Assembly (NCBI GenBank): GCA_019828565.1
Contig: JAHDYR010000047.1
Span: 1-64,000, forward strand
Direction: 5' to 3'
Source of the DNA: Carpediemonas membranifera BICM
Taxonomy: Eukaryota > Protista > Fornicata
Length of the DNA: 64,000 nt
A program made the position numbers and the translations under genes. A model generated the notes under the pieces. It saw nothing but the letters and a program-made list of their open reading frames with translations. It did no database searches and had not been told where the DNA came from. Shown here piece after piece: positions 8,953 to 20,264 of this stretch. Every line of letters starts with the position of its first letter. Positions within the stretch are counted from its first letter, which is position 1.

Positions 8953-10733
8953 TTAATGATAGCGAGGAAGAGCACCTCTCTGGGAGTCGTAGTGGAAAGG
9001 AGATTGCTCTATCTGATCTGAAGTTGCATCGAAGGTGCACCAAAGGATGTTCTCGCTGGCGCTCTTATCTCGGTGAGAGAGATTGAGAAGTATGTCTCTC
9101 TGCTGCGGGATGCCGACGTAGCCGTTCAACGCGCCATGGAGCTCCCTCGCACGCGGGATTCTGGCAGAGCATGGTGCGGTGTGTGTGCACCACACGTCGG
9201 AAGTGTGCTTTGCAGTATGGGCACACGATGGAAGTGCGGAATTCCGAGACCATCGTGACAGTCACGACGTTGTGCCGGAGCATTATGCCAGGAAGTGCTC
9301 GAGCAAAGTGGCGGTACGGTGCACAGGAGGGAGTGCCGGCGGAACCGAACAGTGCAGCCCCATACGCGACTTCGAGATGAATGGGCTCCGGGGGGCGCCC
9401 GCCGAGATCATCCAGGAGTTGATGTCCAGCCCGGGCGAAGTGCTTCAGGCGCAGACAGTGATTGGCAAAACTCGCACGGCGGAAACACTTTCTCATCCCC
9501 TCGTTGATGATCTGAACGATGTTCTCATGGACAAACCTAATCGACTGTTTGAGAGCCTCTAGACTTGTCGTTTTGAACGATGCTGCGCTCATATTCACGC
9601 GGAAAGAGGGGGTGGCAGTGTAGCCACACTTAGCGAGAACGCCAGATACACTCTGCCCGTCTGGGCGGCGGATCGTGTAGCCGCCCAGCGACCGAGCACC
9701 AGGGTCGAAGCCCATGAGAGCTTGAATGTGCGGGGCAGGAGTAGCTTCGGCGTCATCCTGACCGAGCCGAGCCCGCTTGTTATTGCTACCCTTTTTGTAC
9801 GTGGGCCGGTCAGCCACCCGACCGCCACTGTATTTCTCGCGACCCACCCAAACCGCCACAGCAACAGAGAGCACTCTGCGGAGCTTGGTGATGTCGCCGT
9901 GATCACGCTCGTATTCAGCCACCTGCTCGTCGGTCAAGTTCTTATTTGCCGGCCAATTCACGTGCACACGGAGGCGCCTCTTCATCGCTGGGGTGAGCGC
10001 TGTTACTCCGCGCTCGAGGGTCATGAACCCAGGCCTGACCGGTGCCATCGGCACGAACGGGACGAGCTTCGGCTCTGGCAGGGCATGACTGAGCTCGAGG
10101 TTCACGGCACGAGTGAGTGTGACCAGCTTGGTCACTGCAGCACTCATGCGCGTGACGCACGACAGCACGCCGACGAGGGCATCGGCCACAGTATCAGTAT
10201 GACCCACCCGTTGCTCCTCGGGCAATGCATGCATGCGATGATGATACCTGCCATGATCGGCGGCTATGGCGTCAACCTCAGTGTCGAGCTCGCCTAGGGT
10301 GTCGAGAAAATCCTGTCGAACACCCTCATCATGGAGGAGCGGACGCACCCGTTCTAATCCAGCACGAAGACGGGTCAGGTACTCGGGTGACGCGTGCGAG
10401 AGCCAGACCCGGGTGGCTGTGGAGTACTCGCCCAACCAGCTCTGAAATGGCGCTGCAATTCCAACGTAGGCTTCCCTGAAGTCCTCGACGAGTGGGGTTA
10501 TGTCAGGGTCCCTCCACATCGCCAGGTCGCCAATCCACCTGCACCGATCCGCTGCCTTTGCTTTGGACTCTCTTCCCTTGGCAATGCTGACCATCTGCTT
10601 GAGGACCTCCTCGTCGAACAGGTTGACCGTCCTCGGTGGGGTCAACGCGTGCGCAGCACTGCACTTGCGTCAGAGAGACGATAAGCGTGGCCTGACGCCA
10701 GACTTGGCTCCTCAACGCTTCCTGTTGGGGCAT
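8953..10733 (-). CDS. Fanzor (eukaryotic TnpB-like RuvC nuclease) copy 1; ~570 aa if putative introns 10664-10703 and 9103-9130 are spliced
   Basis: RuvC-I MGFDPG; VAYGAALF; RuvC-II VSEFRTS; Zn finger CPYC..CQNPAC; RuvC-III HRDKSASENI in the adjacent frame (ORF 8953-9195). Confidence 0.85.
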
Positions 10734-10769
10734 TGTTCTCAGTTAAAGTTCCCGACCAGAGTCAACAAT

Positions 10770-11408
10770 ATGAATGGCCGGTTTGGCCACAGCGATGCCT
10801 TGAAGCTCTCAATAACAAGCTTCACACTCGATATTCTCCAGTTATTCTTCGGTTTGTTTCTTATTTACGTCTCATCGGCCTCACTTCCGTCGCTTTGTGT
10901 CCTCGGCCTTCTCTTCCTCCTCTTCCTTTCCCAAATAGCCTTGCAGTACAAGATAGTATCGTATCCTCTTCATCTTATCGACATATCCCGGCAATCCAGG
11001 CATTTAGTCTCATCCCAACTTGATTCTAACAGACACCCAACATGCCCTCGATGCCACCTTCCCAGGCCCCCAAACACCCACCATTGCAGCAGGACTGACG
11101 TATGCATACCAGGGTTCGACCACTACTGCGTCGTACTCCGCGTGCCCATTGCCCGCCGGACCGCGCTCCCCTTTGCTCTGCTGCATCTAGCCTGGGGCTT
11201 GATGGCCCTTGGTGCCGCTACAGTGTGTGTTTTGGCGTTGGATAGGGTAGACGGTGGTCTTGAATTTGTTATCTTTGCTCTTGCAGTAATGCTTACCGGC
11301 TTTGGGGCCGGCCTGCTCCTAGTTGCAGCATTGCACCTCTCTGCTGTATACAGTAACAGGCCCCTGTTGTTTGGGAAGCTGCTGGTCCCTAGTAAACCCG
11401 TAGTATAG
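10770..11408 (+). CDS. DHHC-family palmitoyltransferase (DHYC variant)
   Basis: CPRC..RPPNTHHC..CIPGFDHYC flanked by 2+2 TM segments. Confidence 0.85.
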   Translation: MNGRFGHSDALKLSITSFTLDILQLFFGLFLIYVSSASLPSLCVLGLLFLLFLSQIALQYKIVSYPLHLIDISRQSRHLVSSQLDSNRHPTCPRCHLPRPPNTHHCSRTDVCIPGFDHYCVVLRVPIARRTALPFALLHLAWGLMALGAATVCVLALDRVDGGLEFVIFALAVMLTGFGAGLLLVAALHLSAVYSNRPLLFGKLLVPSKPVV

Positions 11409-11620
11409 TGTGTCCAAGGCAATGGCCCGATGTACGTCGGGCTCGCTCTCTTCATCATGGGAGGACGATTGCCCTCGATGCTCCTAAGGCAGGAGACGAT
11501 GTGCGAGCCTGGATGACGGCCGAATACGATCCAGACGAGGTGTGGAACTGCTATACATGAAGGAAATGTATACCATAATTGCGTTCCCAATTCCACCAAC
11601 CCAGCTAGTAATCTCGTTGG

Positions 11621-13536
11621 ATGATGAACGAAACGGAAGGTAATGAGCAAGACGAGCAGATATGGAATCTACTGTGTCCTGGCCCCGTCAATATGACCGA
11701 AGTTTCGCTCAATGAGATGAGCAAGGCGATGATTGGACACAGAGAGGAGGAGATGCACAAGGTTTGTAATCCAACACCGTCCAACGTCTAACACAGATTA
11801 TCAATGACACTCGCAAGCTTATTCTCCAGCGCGCTTTCCCAGACGGCGTCCACCCCGATTACGATGCTGTAATCCTCACTGCTTCGGGTTCAGGCGCCGT
11901 AGAGACGATGGTAGGCTCCTTTGTCCGCAGCCAGGAGCCGTGCGAGAACTGTATCCTCCTCGTTTCCAACGGTTCCTTCGGTGAGCGCTGGATTGATATG
12001 GTTCAGTGCCACTGCTCGAACCACGTGCCATACCGCACCGGCTGGGGCATTCCGATCGACCAGGACGATGTGTTCGAGACCGCAGTCAAGCTGGGCGTCA
12101 AGGGTGTCTTCCTCGTGCACCATGAGACTTCCGTTGGCGTCATTAACTGCTTCGATCGCCTCGCGGAGCGTCTCGACAGCGCTGGTATCGCCTTGCTCGT
12201 TGACTCTGTCTCTGCCTTCGGTATTGAGGACGTGCCCATGAAGCACATCTCCCTCCTCGCCGTCTCGGCTAACAAGGCACTCTGCGGTCCCCCCGGCCTC
12301 GCGTTTGTAATCGGCCGTAAGAGCGTCTTCGAGGCCTGCCATACGGGCGCTTCATTCTACCTCCACCTCCAGAAACACTACCGCTTCATGCAGACGCTTG
12401 AGACCCCCTTTACACCAGCCATTCCGCTTATTAGAGGCGTGCACGTCGCCCTCGGCGTCTTCCAAAAGGACCCCGATACTTTTGTCCAAAACGTTCAGCA
12501 CCGCATGAAACGCGTCCTCCGCATCATGAACGGCCTGGGCATCCGCCCCATCAGCGTCCTACCCGAGCGCCACCAGTCCCGCTGGCTGATCACCGCTTGG
12601 TATCCGAGATCGGTCCTAGCAGACCCTGACGCCTTCCACGAATCTCTTAGATCCTCTGGATTTATCGTATATCGGGGTAAGGGGTATCTCTCAGGTGTCG
12701 CGTTCCAGACGGCCGTGATTGGCGAGATTACGGACGATATCTTGGATAGGTTCCAGACGGCACTGAGTAAGGCTTGCAACACCGGCCGCTGGGGAGGTCC
12801 TAACGCCATCCCCGCACTCATCCTCCTTGCAGGCGACGGCGATCGCCTAGAGCAGGCCAAGCTCGGCCATCCGATCGCCCACAAGTCCCTCATCGATCTC
12901 GGCCACGGCCAGACGATCATCAGCCGCATGCTCTCGCAGCTCCAGCGGCTCAGAGTGGAGGGCTACGTATCCGAGATCCATATAGTGGTCGGCCATGCTA
13001 AGGACGCTATTGTAGCGGCCGCCAGGGACGTTGAGCCTGAGGTGATTGTCCACGATAACGAGGACTACCTATCACACAAGACGTCCGGGTCTGCCCGAGT
13101 CGCGTTGGAAGAAATGACTGCCAACCAGCGTGTGGTAGTCCTCGACGGCGACGTCGTTATGGATGAGGACGTCATCAGGCGCGTCGTCACGTTCCCCAAG
13201 ACCAACCTTGCGGTAAGCAGGCCCGCGGTGGTGGGAACTGAGCTCCCCGAGGCCGATGCTGTCAAGGTAGACTATGACCGTCTGACCTGTCAACTCAAGG
13301 CGATCGGCAAGGACGTCTCTGGTGTGGGAGAGGCGATCGGGGTCTACCAGGTGAAGACCAAGGAGGCCGTCGACACCCTGCGCCGGATAGGGGATCAGAG
13401 GTGGTTCGATGACATGCTGTGGGAGTGCAAAGAAGATGTCTGCCATGTGCTTGATGTGACAGGTCTGCCGGCCGCTGGCGTTGATGTGCTGGCTGACATT
13501 GCCGTAGCTCGGGCCATCGTGGACAAGGAGTTTTAA
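11621..13536 (+). CDS. 2-aminoethylphosphonate aminotransferase (class V PLP) fused to a C-terminal LicC/PntC-like nucleotidyltransferase; one intron
   Basis: Spliced N-terminus LLCPGP..HREE..ASGSGAVE; VHHETSVG, DSVSAFG, SANKAL, TPFTP; then LILLAGDGDRL, HKSLI, LDGDVV. Confidence 0.85.
11762..11796 (+). other. 35-nt spliceosomal intron with branch point fused to the 3' splice site
   Basis: GTTTGT...CTAACACAG; its removal joins ATG 11621 in frame to the 11908 ORF. Confidence 0.85.
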
Positions 13537-13595
13537 ATGAGTGTTTTATACGGCGATGGAGAATGAGATCGAGAGGATAACGAGAAGGTCAACAG

Positions 13596-13894
13596 GATCG
13601 AGATTGCTATCCTGCACGATTGAAGACAAGACAACGATGGGAAACTCTGGAAATACCGGTGGTTCCGGCATTCCTACTGGAACGCCGCAATATTGTTATG
13701 TGGATCCTGCAGGCGAAAATGAAGAGACCCCTGATGAAGGCTCACTCTAAATCTGAAAGATGATGAATGAATGAGGATTCAGTGTGTAGGAAGTAAAGTA
13801 GACCTTTGTAATTCATCACTATTCGCGTCTTTCTCCTGAAAGCTCCAAGATCGTTGCATCTGTGCTGAAGGTACTGAACCAAAATGGCCAGTGC
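13596..13894. repeat. ~300-bp dispersed repeat R, inverted copy at 38171-38460
   Basis: High direct similarity; both copies encode MGNSGNTGGSGIPTGTP..ENEETPDEGSL*. Confidence 0.9.
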
Positions 13895-14135
13895 CCTCAC
13901 CTGGTCTTGTCTCGATGAATCAGCCTCGCCAAAGTCGAGCCAATCAGCAATGCACCGGGGTCCGATACTCACGTCTCACACCTGCACACTCTCACACACT
14001 CGCACTGCATCTCGCCACTGATCACCGCGCCCGGCAATCTGTTCAAGTCGAGGAGGGTTAGAAGGAGGGGTCAGTCGCCCCCTTGGAGGCGTTGTAGACC
14101 CGGCAGTTACCCTCAGCGAGAAAACGCTACACGAC

Positions 14136-14178
14136 TGTTGCGCAGTATAAACACATTGTTTGACCCTTCAATAGCACA
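14136..14178 (+). repeat. Isolated 43-bp LTR-like repeat
   Basis: tgttgcgcag...aatagcaca, exact reverse complement of 38462-38504; no TSD. Confidence 0.8.
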
Positions 14179-14281
14179 GATGTGGCAAGGCAAAAATGCA
14201 CCCCGGGAAATGCCTTGAATCTTGATGTCAGGAGAGGACTGGGAGCGACGATGCAATGCCATGCTTCTTAATGATCCAACG

Positions 14282-14362
14282 TGTAGCTCTTCTAGGATCC
14301 TCAATGAACGAATGAACTGCTTTAACCTGCGGGGCAGACCCAACTATAAATATCACATTACA
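14282..14362 (-). repeat. 3' LTR of EA (81 bp)
   Basis: Identical to 24551-24631. Confidence 0.95.
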
Positions 14363-16139
14363 CCGCCTTCCCGTGGCTGACCCGCAGTCAAGTAGGCATC
14401 TAGCGCCTCCAGCCGAGCCACCACGTAGTAGGGCTCCCACGAGCTGGACCCGTCTGCCCACTCGACCCAGTACTCACGGCCCTGGACCTCGGAGTCCCGA
14501 TGGTCCGTAATCCGGAGCACCATCAGCTCTGCAGCATCTCTCCCATTCAACTCCACTAACTGCTGTTCCGACAGTCGATCTGCTCGGAATGACTTCAGGC
14601 GGTCATTGTGAACGTCAATCTGCAAACTTGTGTCCTCCAGGCTCTGCAACTTGCATCCATGCTCCATTACCCCCAGAACCTTGTACGGTCCCTTCCATGT
14701 CGGCAATAGCTTCGCTGTTCGCACTCCTGGTAGTACCATGACTAGTTGTCCCACTGTCCAGGACGGCACTGTCCAACCCTGCATGCGCCGCTCACGTTGG
14801 GCCAACAAACGCTGCTGTACCTCATTGGCTTGCTTCCGAACGTCCCGTATGAATAGTTGCTGCTCCTGATCCGCCTCCTCTACGTCCAGTTGGATCTTCG
14901 CCTCCACCGCCCTTGGCATAGTGCCATGCGGCTCTGGGCCGAACATGCCTTGCATAATAGCTGCGGCTGTCGTCCCTGTGGCGCTACAGAACTCAGTATT
15001 CAGGTGTCGCTGGACTATGGGGATATACTTGTGCCACTGCTCAGGCTCGCCCCAATCCAACACCATACCCCGCAACCGTGATAATACCCTGCGATTCGCC
15101 CGCTCACACCCTCCGTTCCCAGGGGGATGGTACGGGAATGTCGTCGTCTGGCCAGAGCCGAAACGTTGCAGGATCTCCTTGATAGTCTCGTTGAGGAACT
15201 CCGTCCCTTGATCGGAATGCAGAGTCTTCATGGGTCCGTGACGCGCAATCCACCATGTTACAGCCTCTGCTGCTGACTCCGCTGTCTTGTCCTTGGTCGG
15301 GAAGATCTCCAGCCACCGGGAGAATAGGTCCACCATTACGAACACGTACTTGTGACCCTCCTCGCTCTCCGGCGTCACCTTCATAGTATCGATTGCTACC
15401 TTCTGCATCGGGCCGTCAACCATCTCTGTGCCCATCTTCAACTTCACAGTATCGACCGAGGCAAGCTTCTGACAGGTACAGGTCGAGACAAACATCTGCA
15501 CCTGGTCCCACATTCCCTTCCAGTGGTACCCCTTGTGCTTAAGCGTGTGGTACGTCGACAGACGCCCCAGGTGTTCGCCCTCGCCCTGGTGTGCCCATGT
15601 GATCAGTTGCACCTTGTCATCCTCCGTCAGCTCGCCCCGCTCATCTCTCGGCGCCGCTCGGCGTCGGCCTGTGCCTCGCGAGAGTGATCCTCTCTGGGTT
15701 CCTCGACTTCGACTTCTTCCTCCGCGCTATCCTGCACTGGTGAGTCTTCGTCGTCGCTCGCTATCTGGTAAAACTCATCGTCCATCAGTCGCTGCGGTGG
15801 TCTACGGGTCCTAGCGGGCCTATCGCTCCTTACTTGCTGTACAAATGCCCGTGACAGCGCATCCGCCACTACATTCTTCTCTCCAGCAACGTGAACCACG
15901 TTGAAACTGAATTCCTGCAGCAGTAGCTTCCAGCGTTGCACCTTCTGACTCGCGGCCTTCCGCTCCATATATAGCAAGTTCCGATGGTCCGTCTCTAGGC
16001 GGAAAGGATAGCCCTGTAGGTACATTCTCCAGCGCCGCACGCACTCAACGATAGCACAGCACTCTTTCTCACCCACAGTCCATCGTGTCTCTGCCCCTCT
16101 GAACGCCCGGCTATAGACAGCGACTGGTTCCTCGCCCTT
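14353..16139 (-). CDS. EA pol 3' part: RNase H C-terminus, integrase, chromodomain (frameshift near 15640)
   Basis: TDHRNL, NVVADALSR, SDQGTEF, YHPPGNGGCER, EYWVEWADGSSSWEP; the stop lies inside the LTR. Confidence 0.9.
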
Positions 16140-16261
16140 TGTTGTGGGTCCTACCCAAAGTTACACAGATTTACGTTATATTTAATAGTCAAGGAGTTTC
16201 TCCTCGACACCCTTGTGTCGAGTCTTCTCCTCAGTAAAAGTTCAACACCCATTGAACCACA
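16140..16261 (+). repeat. 5' LTR of EB (122 bp)
   Basis: Identical to 21966-22087. Confidence 0.95.
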
Positions 16262-16282
16262 GTACTAGTACTACCAAAACAT

Positions 16283-17776
16283 ATGGGTACGGAAACTTAC
16301 AGAAGCCTGAAGAAGAATCCGCCTCTCCTGAAGAAGTCCTCCATGGACGCTCTTTTGGACTTTGCGGATAACCTCCACGATCATCGCGCCTTAGGCGGCC
16401 GCGATGATGTTATTGACCTCATCGAGCCTAGCATAGCAGAGCTAGCAGGCCTTAACGACGACGAAGAGGTTGAAGACACTCCTCTCCTGCTCTCCGCGAA
16501 GCTCCGTAAGAAACGTCGTGTCGCAGCCCAAGATGAACGAGTCCTCAAGCGCCTCGGTGCTGCCCTTCGACCTTCTCGCCCGAGCATGCGTCTACAGCTC
16601 TTCCGAGTCCCCGCCAAGTCCTTCGAGCCTGATGAGGTTGCTCGAGTGAACCGCCGATTCAATCTGCTCTTGAAGCTCGTTCAACCCGAAGATCCCGAGG
16701 ACGTCTTGAAGGAGACGTACAGCCGCTGCTTCAAGTTCCCCAACAACAGTCGCATCATGTATCGAGTCAGAGAATCAACGGAGCGCAAGGATCTCAAGGA
16801 CGCAATGGCTGATGTCCTCGTCATGTCACGCGACCTCAAGGAGTCCAAGGAGATGATCGCTTCCTTCGGCGCTGCGGGGGTCTCCGACTCACAGCGTACC
16901 AACACCACGCCCTCCCATACACGGCACACGGGGAGCGGTCCGAAGAACCCTCATCGACGCGAGCCTGACCGCACGAACGTAGCCCCCTCAAAAGGCAAGC
17001 CGATCGACAAGCCCAAGCACGAGAAGAAGCCATTCGTGTGCTTCAACTGCGGTAAGGTCGGTCACTCCGCTCGCCGATGCCCTGCTCCGAAGACAACCTG
17101 TTCCAAGTGCCAGAAGCCGGGCCACCGAGCTGAATTCTGCCGTTCTGAGGTAAATTCAGCTCGTTGTGTGTTTTCTCTCGGTTCCCGTCAGAGTGTCCTC
17201 CCCTCCGTCAAGGCTAGCATTCTTAAGCAAGTCGTGTCCGTCCTGTTCGACTCGGGCGCTGACTGCGCAACCATTGACCCCAAGCTCTGCCACGGCAAGG
17301 CAGTGAAGTGGATCTCACACGAGAAGACACTTATCGAGACAGTGGGCGGCGTCAGAGAGGCCGATGGTCAGGTATCCTTCCGCCTCGTCTTAGCGCCCTC
17401 GCCATTCACTCCGCGCGGATGCTCTATCACTATTAAGGCCTACGTCCTGTCGACCGCTTTCGATGTATGCCTGGGTTACCCTCAGATGGTGGAGATCGGC
17501 CTTCTCCCTTCGTTGTCTGAGCCTACCAGCGAGCTCGCAGCCAGCGACGAACCACCTACATTCGAGAAGTACGTCGCGCAAGCCAGAGCCATGTCCTCTT
17601 CCTTTTCTCAGAGGCAGGCCGACATCCTCAAGCGTTACGCCCGGACATTCGTGGACCGTACCGAGCCAAGCCGGCTCGAACCGTATGATTTGGTCCTCAA
17701 GGGCGACAGAGTCGTACACATTCGGCCGTACTATGTTCCCCCCGCCGAAAGTCCCGATCATTCAAGAGCACATTAA
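16283..17776 (+). CDS. EB gag (two CCHC knuckles) and protease
   Basis: CFNCGKVGHSARRC, CSKCQKPGHRAEFC, LFDSGA. Confidence 0.9.
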   Translation: MGTETYRSLKKNPPLLKKSSMDALLDFADNLHDHRALGGRDDVIDLIEPSIAELAGLNDDEEVEDTPLLLSAKLRKKRRVAAQDERVLKRLGAALRPSRPSMRLQLFRVPAKSFEPDEVARVNRRFNLLLKLVQPEDPEDVLKETYSRCFKFPNNSRIMYRVRESTERKDLKDAMADVLVMSRDLKESKEMIASFGAAGVSDSQRTNTTPSHTRHTGSGPKNPHRREPDRTNVAPSKGKPIDKPKHEKKPFVCFNCGKVGHSARRCPAPKTTCSKCQKPGHRAEFCRSEVNSARCVFSLGSRQSVLPSVKASILKQVVSVLFDSGADCATIDPKLCHGKAVKWISHEKTLIETVGGVREADGQVSFRLVLAPSPFTPRGCSITIKAYVLSTAFDVCLGYPQMVEIGLLPSLSEPTSELAASDEPPTFEKYVAQARAMSSSFSQRQADILKRYARTFVDRTEPSRLEPYDLVLKGDRVVHIRPYYVPPAESPDHSRAH

Positions 17777-20222
17777 TACGCTCCTGGCAAAGCGCTACAT
17801 CGAGGCATGCCAGTCTCAATACGCGAGCCCTACCATCATAGTTCCAAAGAAGGGGGGAAAGACGCGTTTTGTCGTCGACTTCCGCGAGATCAATCAACTA
17901 ACGGAACCATTCGACTACCCCATCCCTCGCATAGACGAAGTTCTCACTCAACTGTCCGGAAAGTCTGTGTTCGCTACCCTAGACTTGTCAGCAGGATACC
18001 ATCAGATCCCTCTTTCTGAACGGTGCCGTCACCTAACCGCCTTCCGTACTGTTTTTGGTCAATACCAATATACACGGATGCCCTTCGGCTTACGTAACGC
18101 CGGAGCGTACTTCCAGAGGGCGATGGAAGACGGGTTCAAGGGTCTGGTGGGCTCCGCCTGTGTCATATACATTGATGACATCATCGTCATGGGTGCGGAT
18201 GAGGACGAGTACCTGGGAAACCTCGAAAAAGTCATGCAACGCGTTGACAAGCTTAACCTTCAGCTCGGCCGAGATAAGTGCCAGTTCGGTCGGCAAGAGG
18301 TCGAGTTCCTCGGGTGGATCATATCCCAAGGCAGCGTGAAGATCTCACCCCAGCGGACCGAAGATATCGCGAACCTCAAGCTGTCTTCATCCACGAAGGG
18401 CATGCAGGGTCTCAACGGATTCCTCAACTATTTCCGCGATTACATACCCAACTTCGCGGTCCGAGCTAAGCCTCTGCTAGACGCCATGTCCGGTCGGCAG
18501 ACCCCCTCGAGACGTTCTTCAGAAGTCGCTGGACGATCTGAAACAAGCTTTATGTTCGGCCGACGCTCTAGCCATGTTCGACGCGACTAAGCCTCACACT
18601 GTCATGACTGACGCATCCGATGTCGGGTACGGAGCAGTCTTACTCCAAGAGGGCCGACCAGTTTGCTATATGTCGCGTGCGTTCAACGACGTCCAGTCAC
18701 GCTGGTGTACCGGTGAGAAAGAAGCCTACGCTATCGTCGCAGCGTTACAACGATGGCGCAAGTTCCTGTGCTGGGAGAGCTTTACTATTCTCACGGATCA
18801 CCGGAACCTACTCTATATGTACCGGTTCACCAACGCCAAGGTCCGCCGGTGGGCTGATTCGATCGCCGATTTAGATTTCACCCTACAGCACATCGCCGGT
18901 CTGGACAACGGTGGAGCCGACGGTCTCTCGAGAGTATTCTCCATGCAACAGGCGTCGAGGGATCAGGTATCCCGCGCTCATCTCACAGCAGGAGCTCATC
19001 TGTCTCGCCGGATGACAACCGAGCAACTTAGGGCCGACGGTTTGTCTGTCTCCCCGTCAAGTCGTAGACGACGTGATTACCGCGTGTCCAGAGTGCCAAG
19101 TCTTGGCCCGCCCTCCTGTTGATACGCCCGACGGCCTGCATACAGCTGTAGACCTCCCGTTCCGGCGTGTGGCCATTGACACCATGGGTCCGCTACCGAC
19201 GGTCAACGGCCTGTCCTACGTGACAGTAATGATCGACATGTGCTCCCGCTGGACAGAGCTAGTCCCGGTCAACAGCACCTCAGCCAAAGACGCAGCCAAC
19301 GCATTGGTCAACACCTGGATTCTACGATACGGATGCCCCGAAGTCGTCCAATCGGATGGGGGCTCAGAGTTCAAAAACGCTCTGTTCAAACGCCTCTCCG
19401 AAGAGATGGGGTTCGACGTCCACATAACGACAGCATACCATCCCCAGAGCAACGGTGTCGTCGAACGCGCGAACAAGGAGGTCGAACGCATCCTCAGAGC
19501 CAGGAAGCTGGAGTTAAGGAATAACGATTGGGTAGCACACCTACCAGTCGCCCAATTCTTGGTCAACTCAATGCCCAGGATCCCGACCCGGTTGACTCCG
19601 GCCGAGATCATGTTTGGCGCCAATTTATCAATACCGTCATCGATCTATATCACGGATGCCGCCTCGGCTGGTCCGCCACAGTCGAAGCTAGCCGCAGCCG
19701 ATGCCGCCATCCAACTCGCCAAAGCAAGGATTAGAGCCATGCGCGAAGACGCTCTCGCAAAGGCAACCTCATCGAGAAGCGAGATATTGAGCCGTTTCGT
19801 GCTGGTCAAATACTACCCAAGACCACCGAGCAAGCTAGCCCCCGGGCTGGCGCGGCCCCATGAGGCGTGTCGCAGCCGTCAAACGTGATGGTGTTGTCGT
19901 CGCATATGAGGTCCAAGACCTCAGTCAGTCAGCGGACGGTCCAACTATCAAGGTAGACGCGGCACGTGTGCGAAGATTTGACCCAGGCAAGCTCTCGGAG
20001 CAACAGATCTATGACCTCGCAGCCGCTTCCGTCGATGAGTGGCATGTCGAGCGCATCTCACGCTCTAGAGGCTCGGGCCCCAAGTCAAGGCGCGAGTACC
20101 TCGTACACTGGGTCGGATTCGAGGATTCAGAGGCTTCATTCGAACCTTATTCGCACGTCAAAGATTTGGAAGCCCTCGATACATATTTGAAGTCTGACCA
20201 AGCCAAGCGTGACGGTCTGTAA
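17730..20222 (+). CDS. EB pol: RT, RNase H, integrase, chromodomain, split by several frameshifts
   Basis: ORFs 17463-18590 (YIDD), 18574-19122 (TDAS), 19073-19888 (SDGGSEF, YHPQSNG), 19860-20222 (EYLVHWVGF..FEP). Confidence 0.88.
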
Positions 20223-20264
20223 AACTTCTCAACATCGAAGCTGTATCCTCGAGGAACAAACGAT

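Noticed and set aside
8763-10680. 8-bp inverted match CGTCTCTC/GAGAGACG as possible TIRs of Fanzor copy 1
   Set aside because: Too short, no TSD, and it would cut off the likely first exon.
10723-10767. 45-bp TGTTG...CAACA segment upstream of Fanzor copy 1, resembling a mini-LTR
   Set aside because: No second copy, PPT or TSD; it overlaps the probable start codon and bidirectional promoter.
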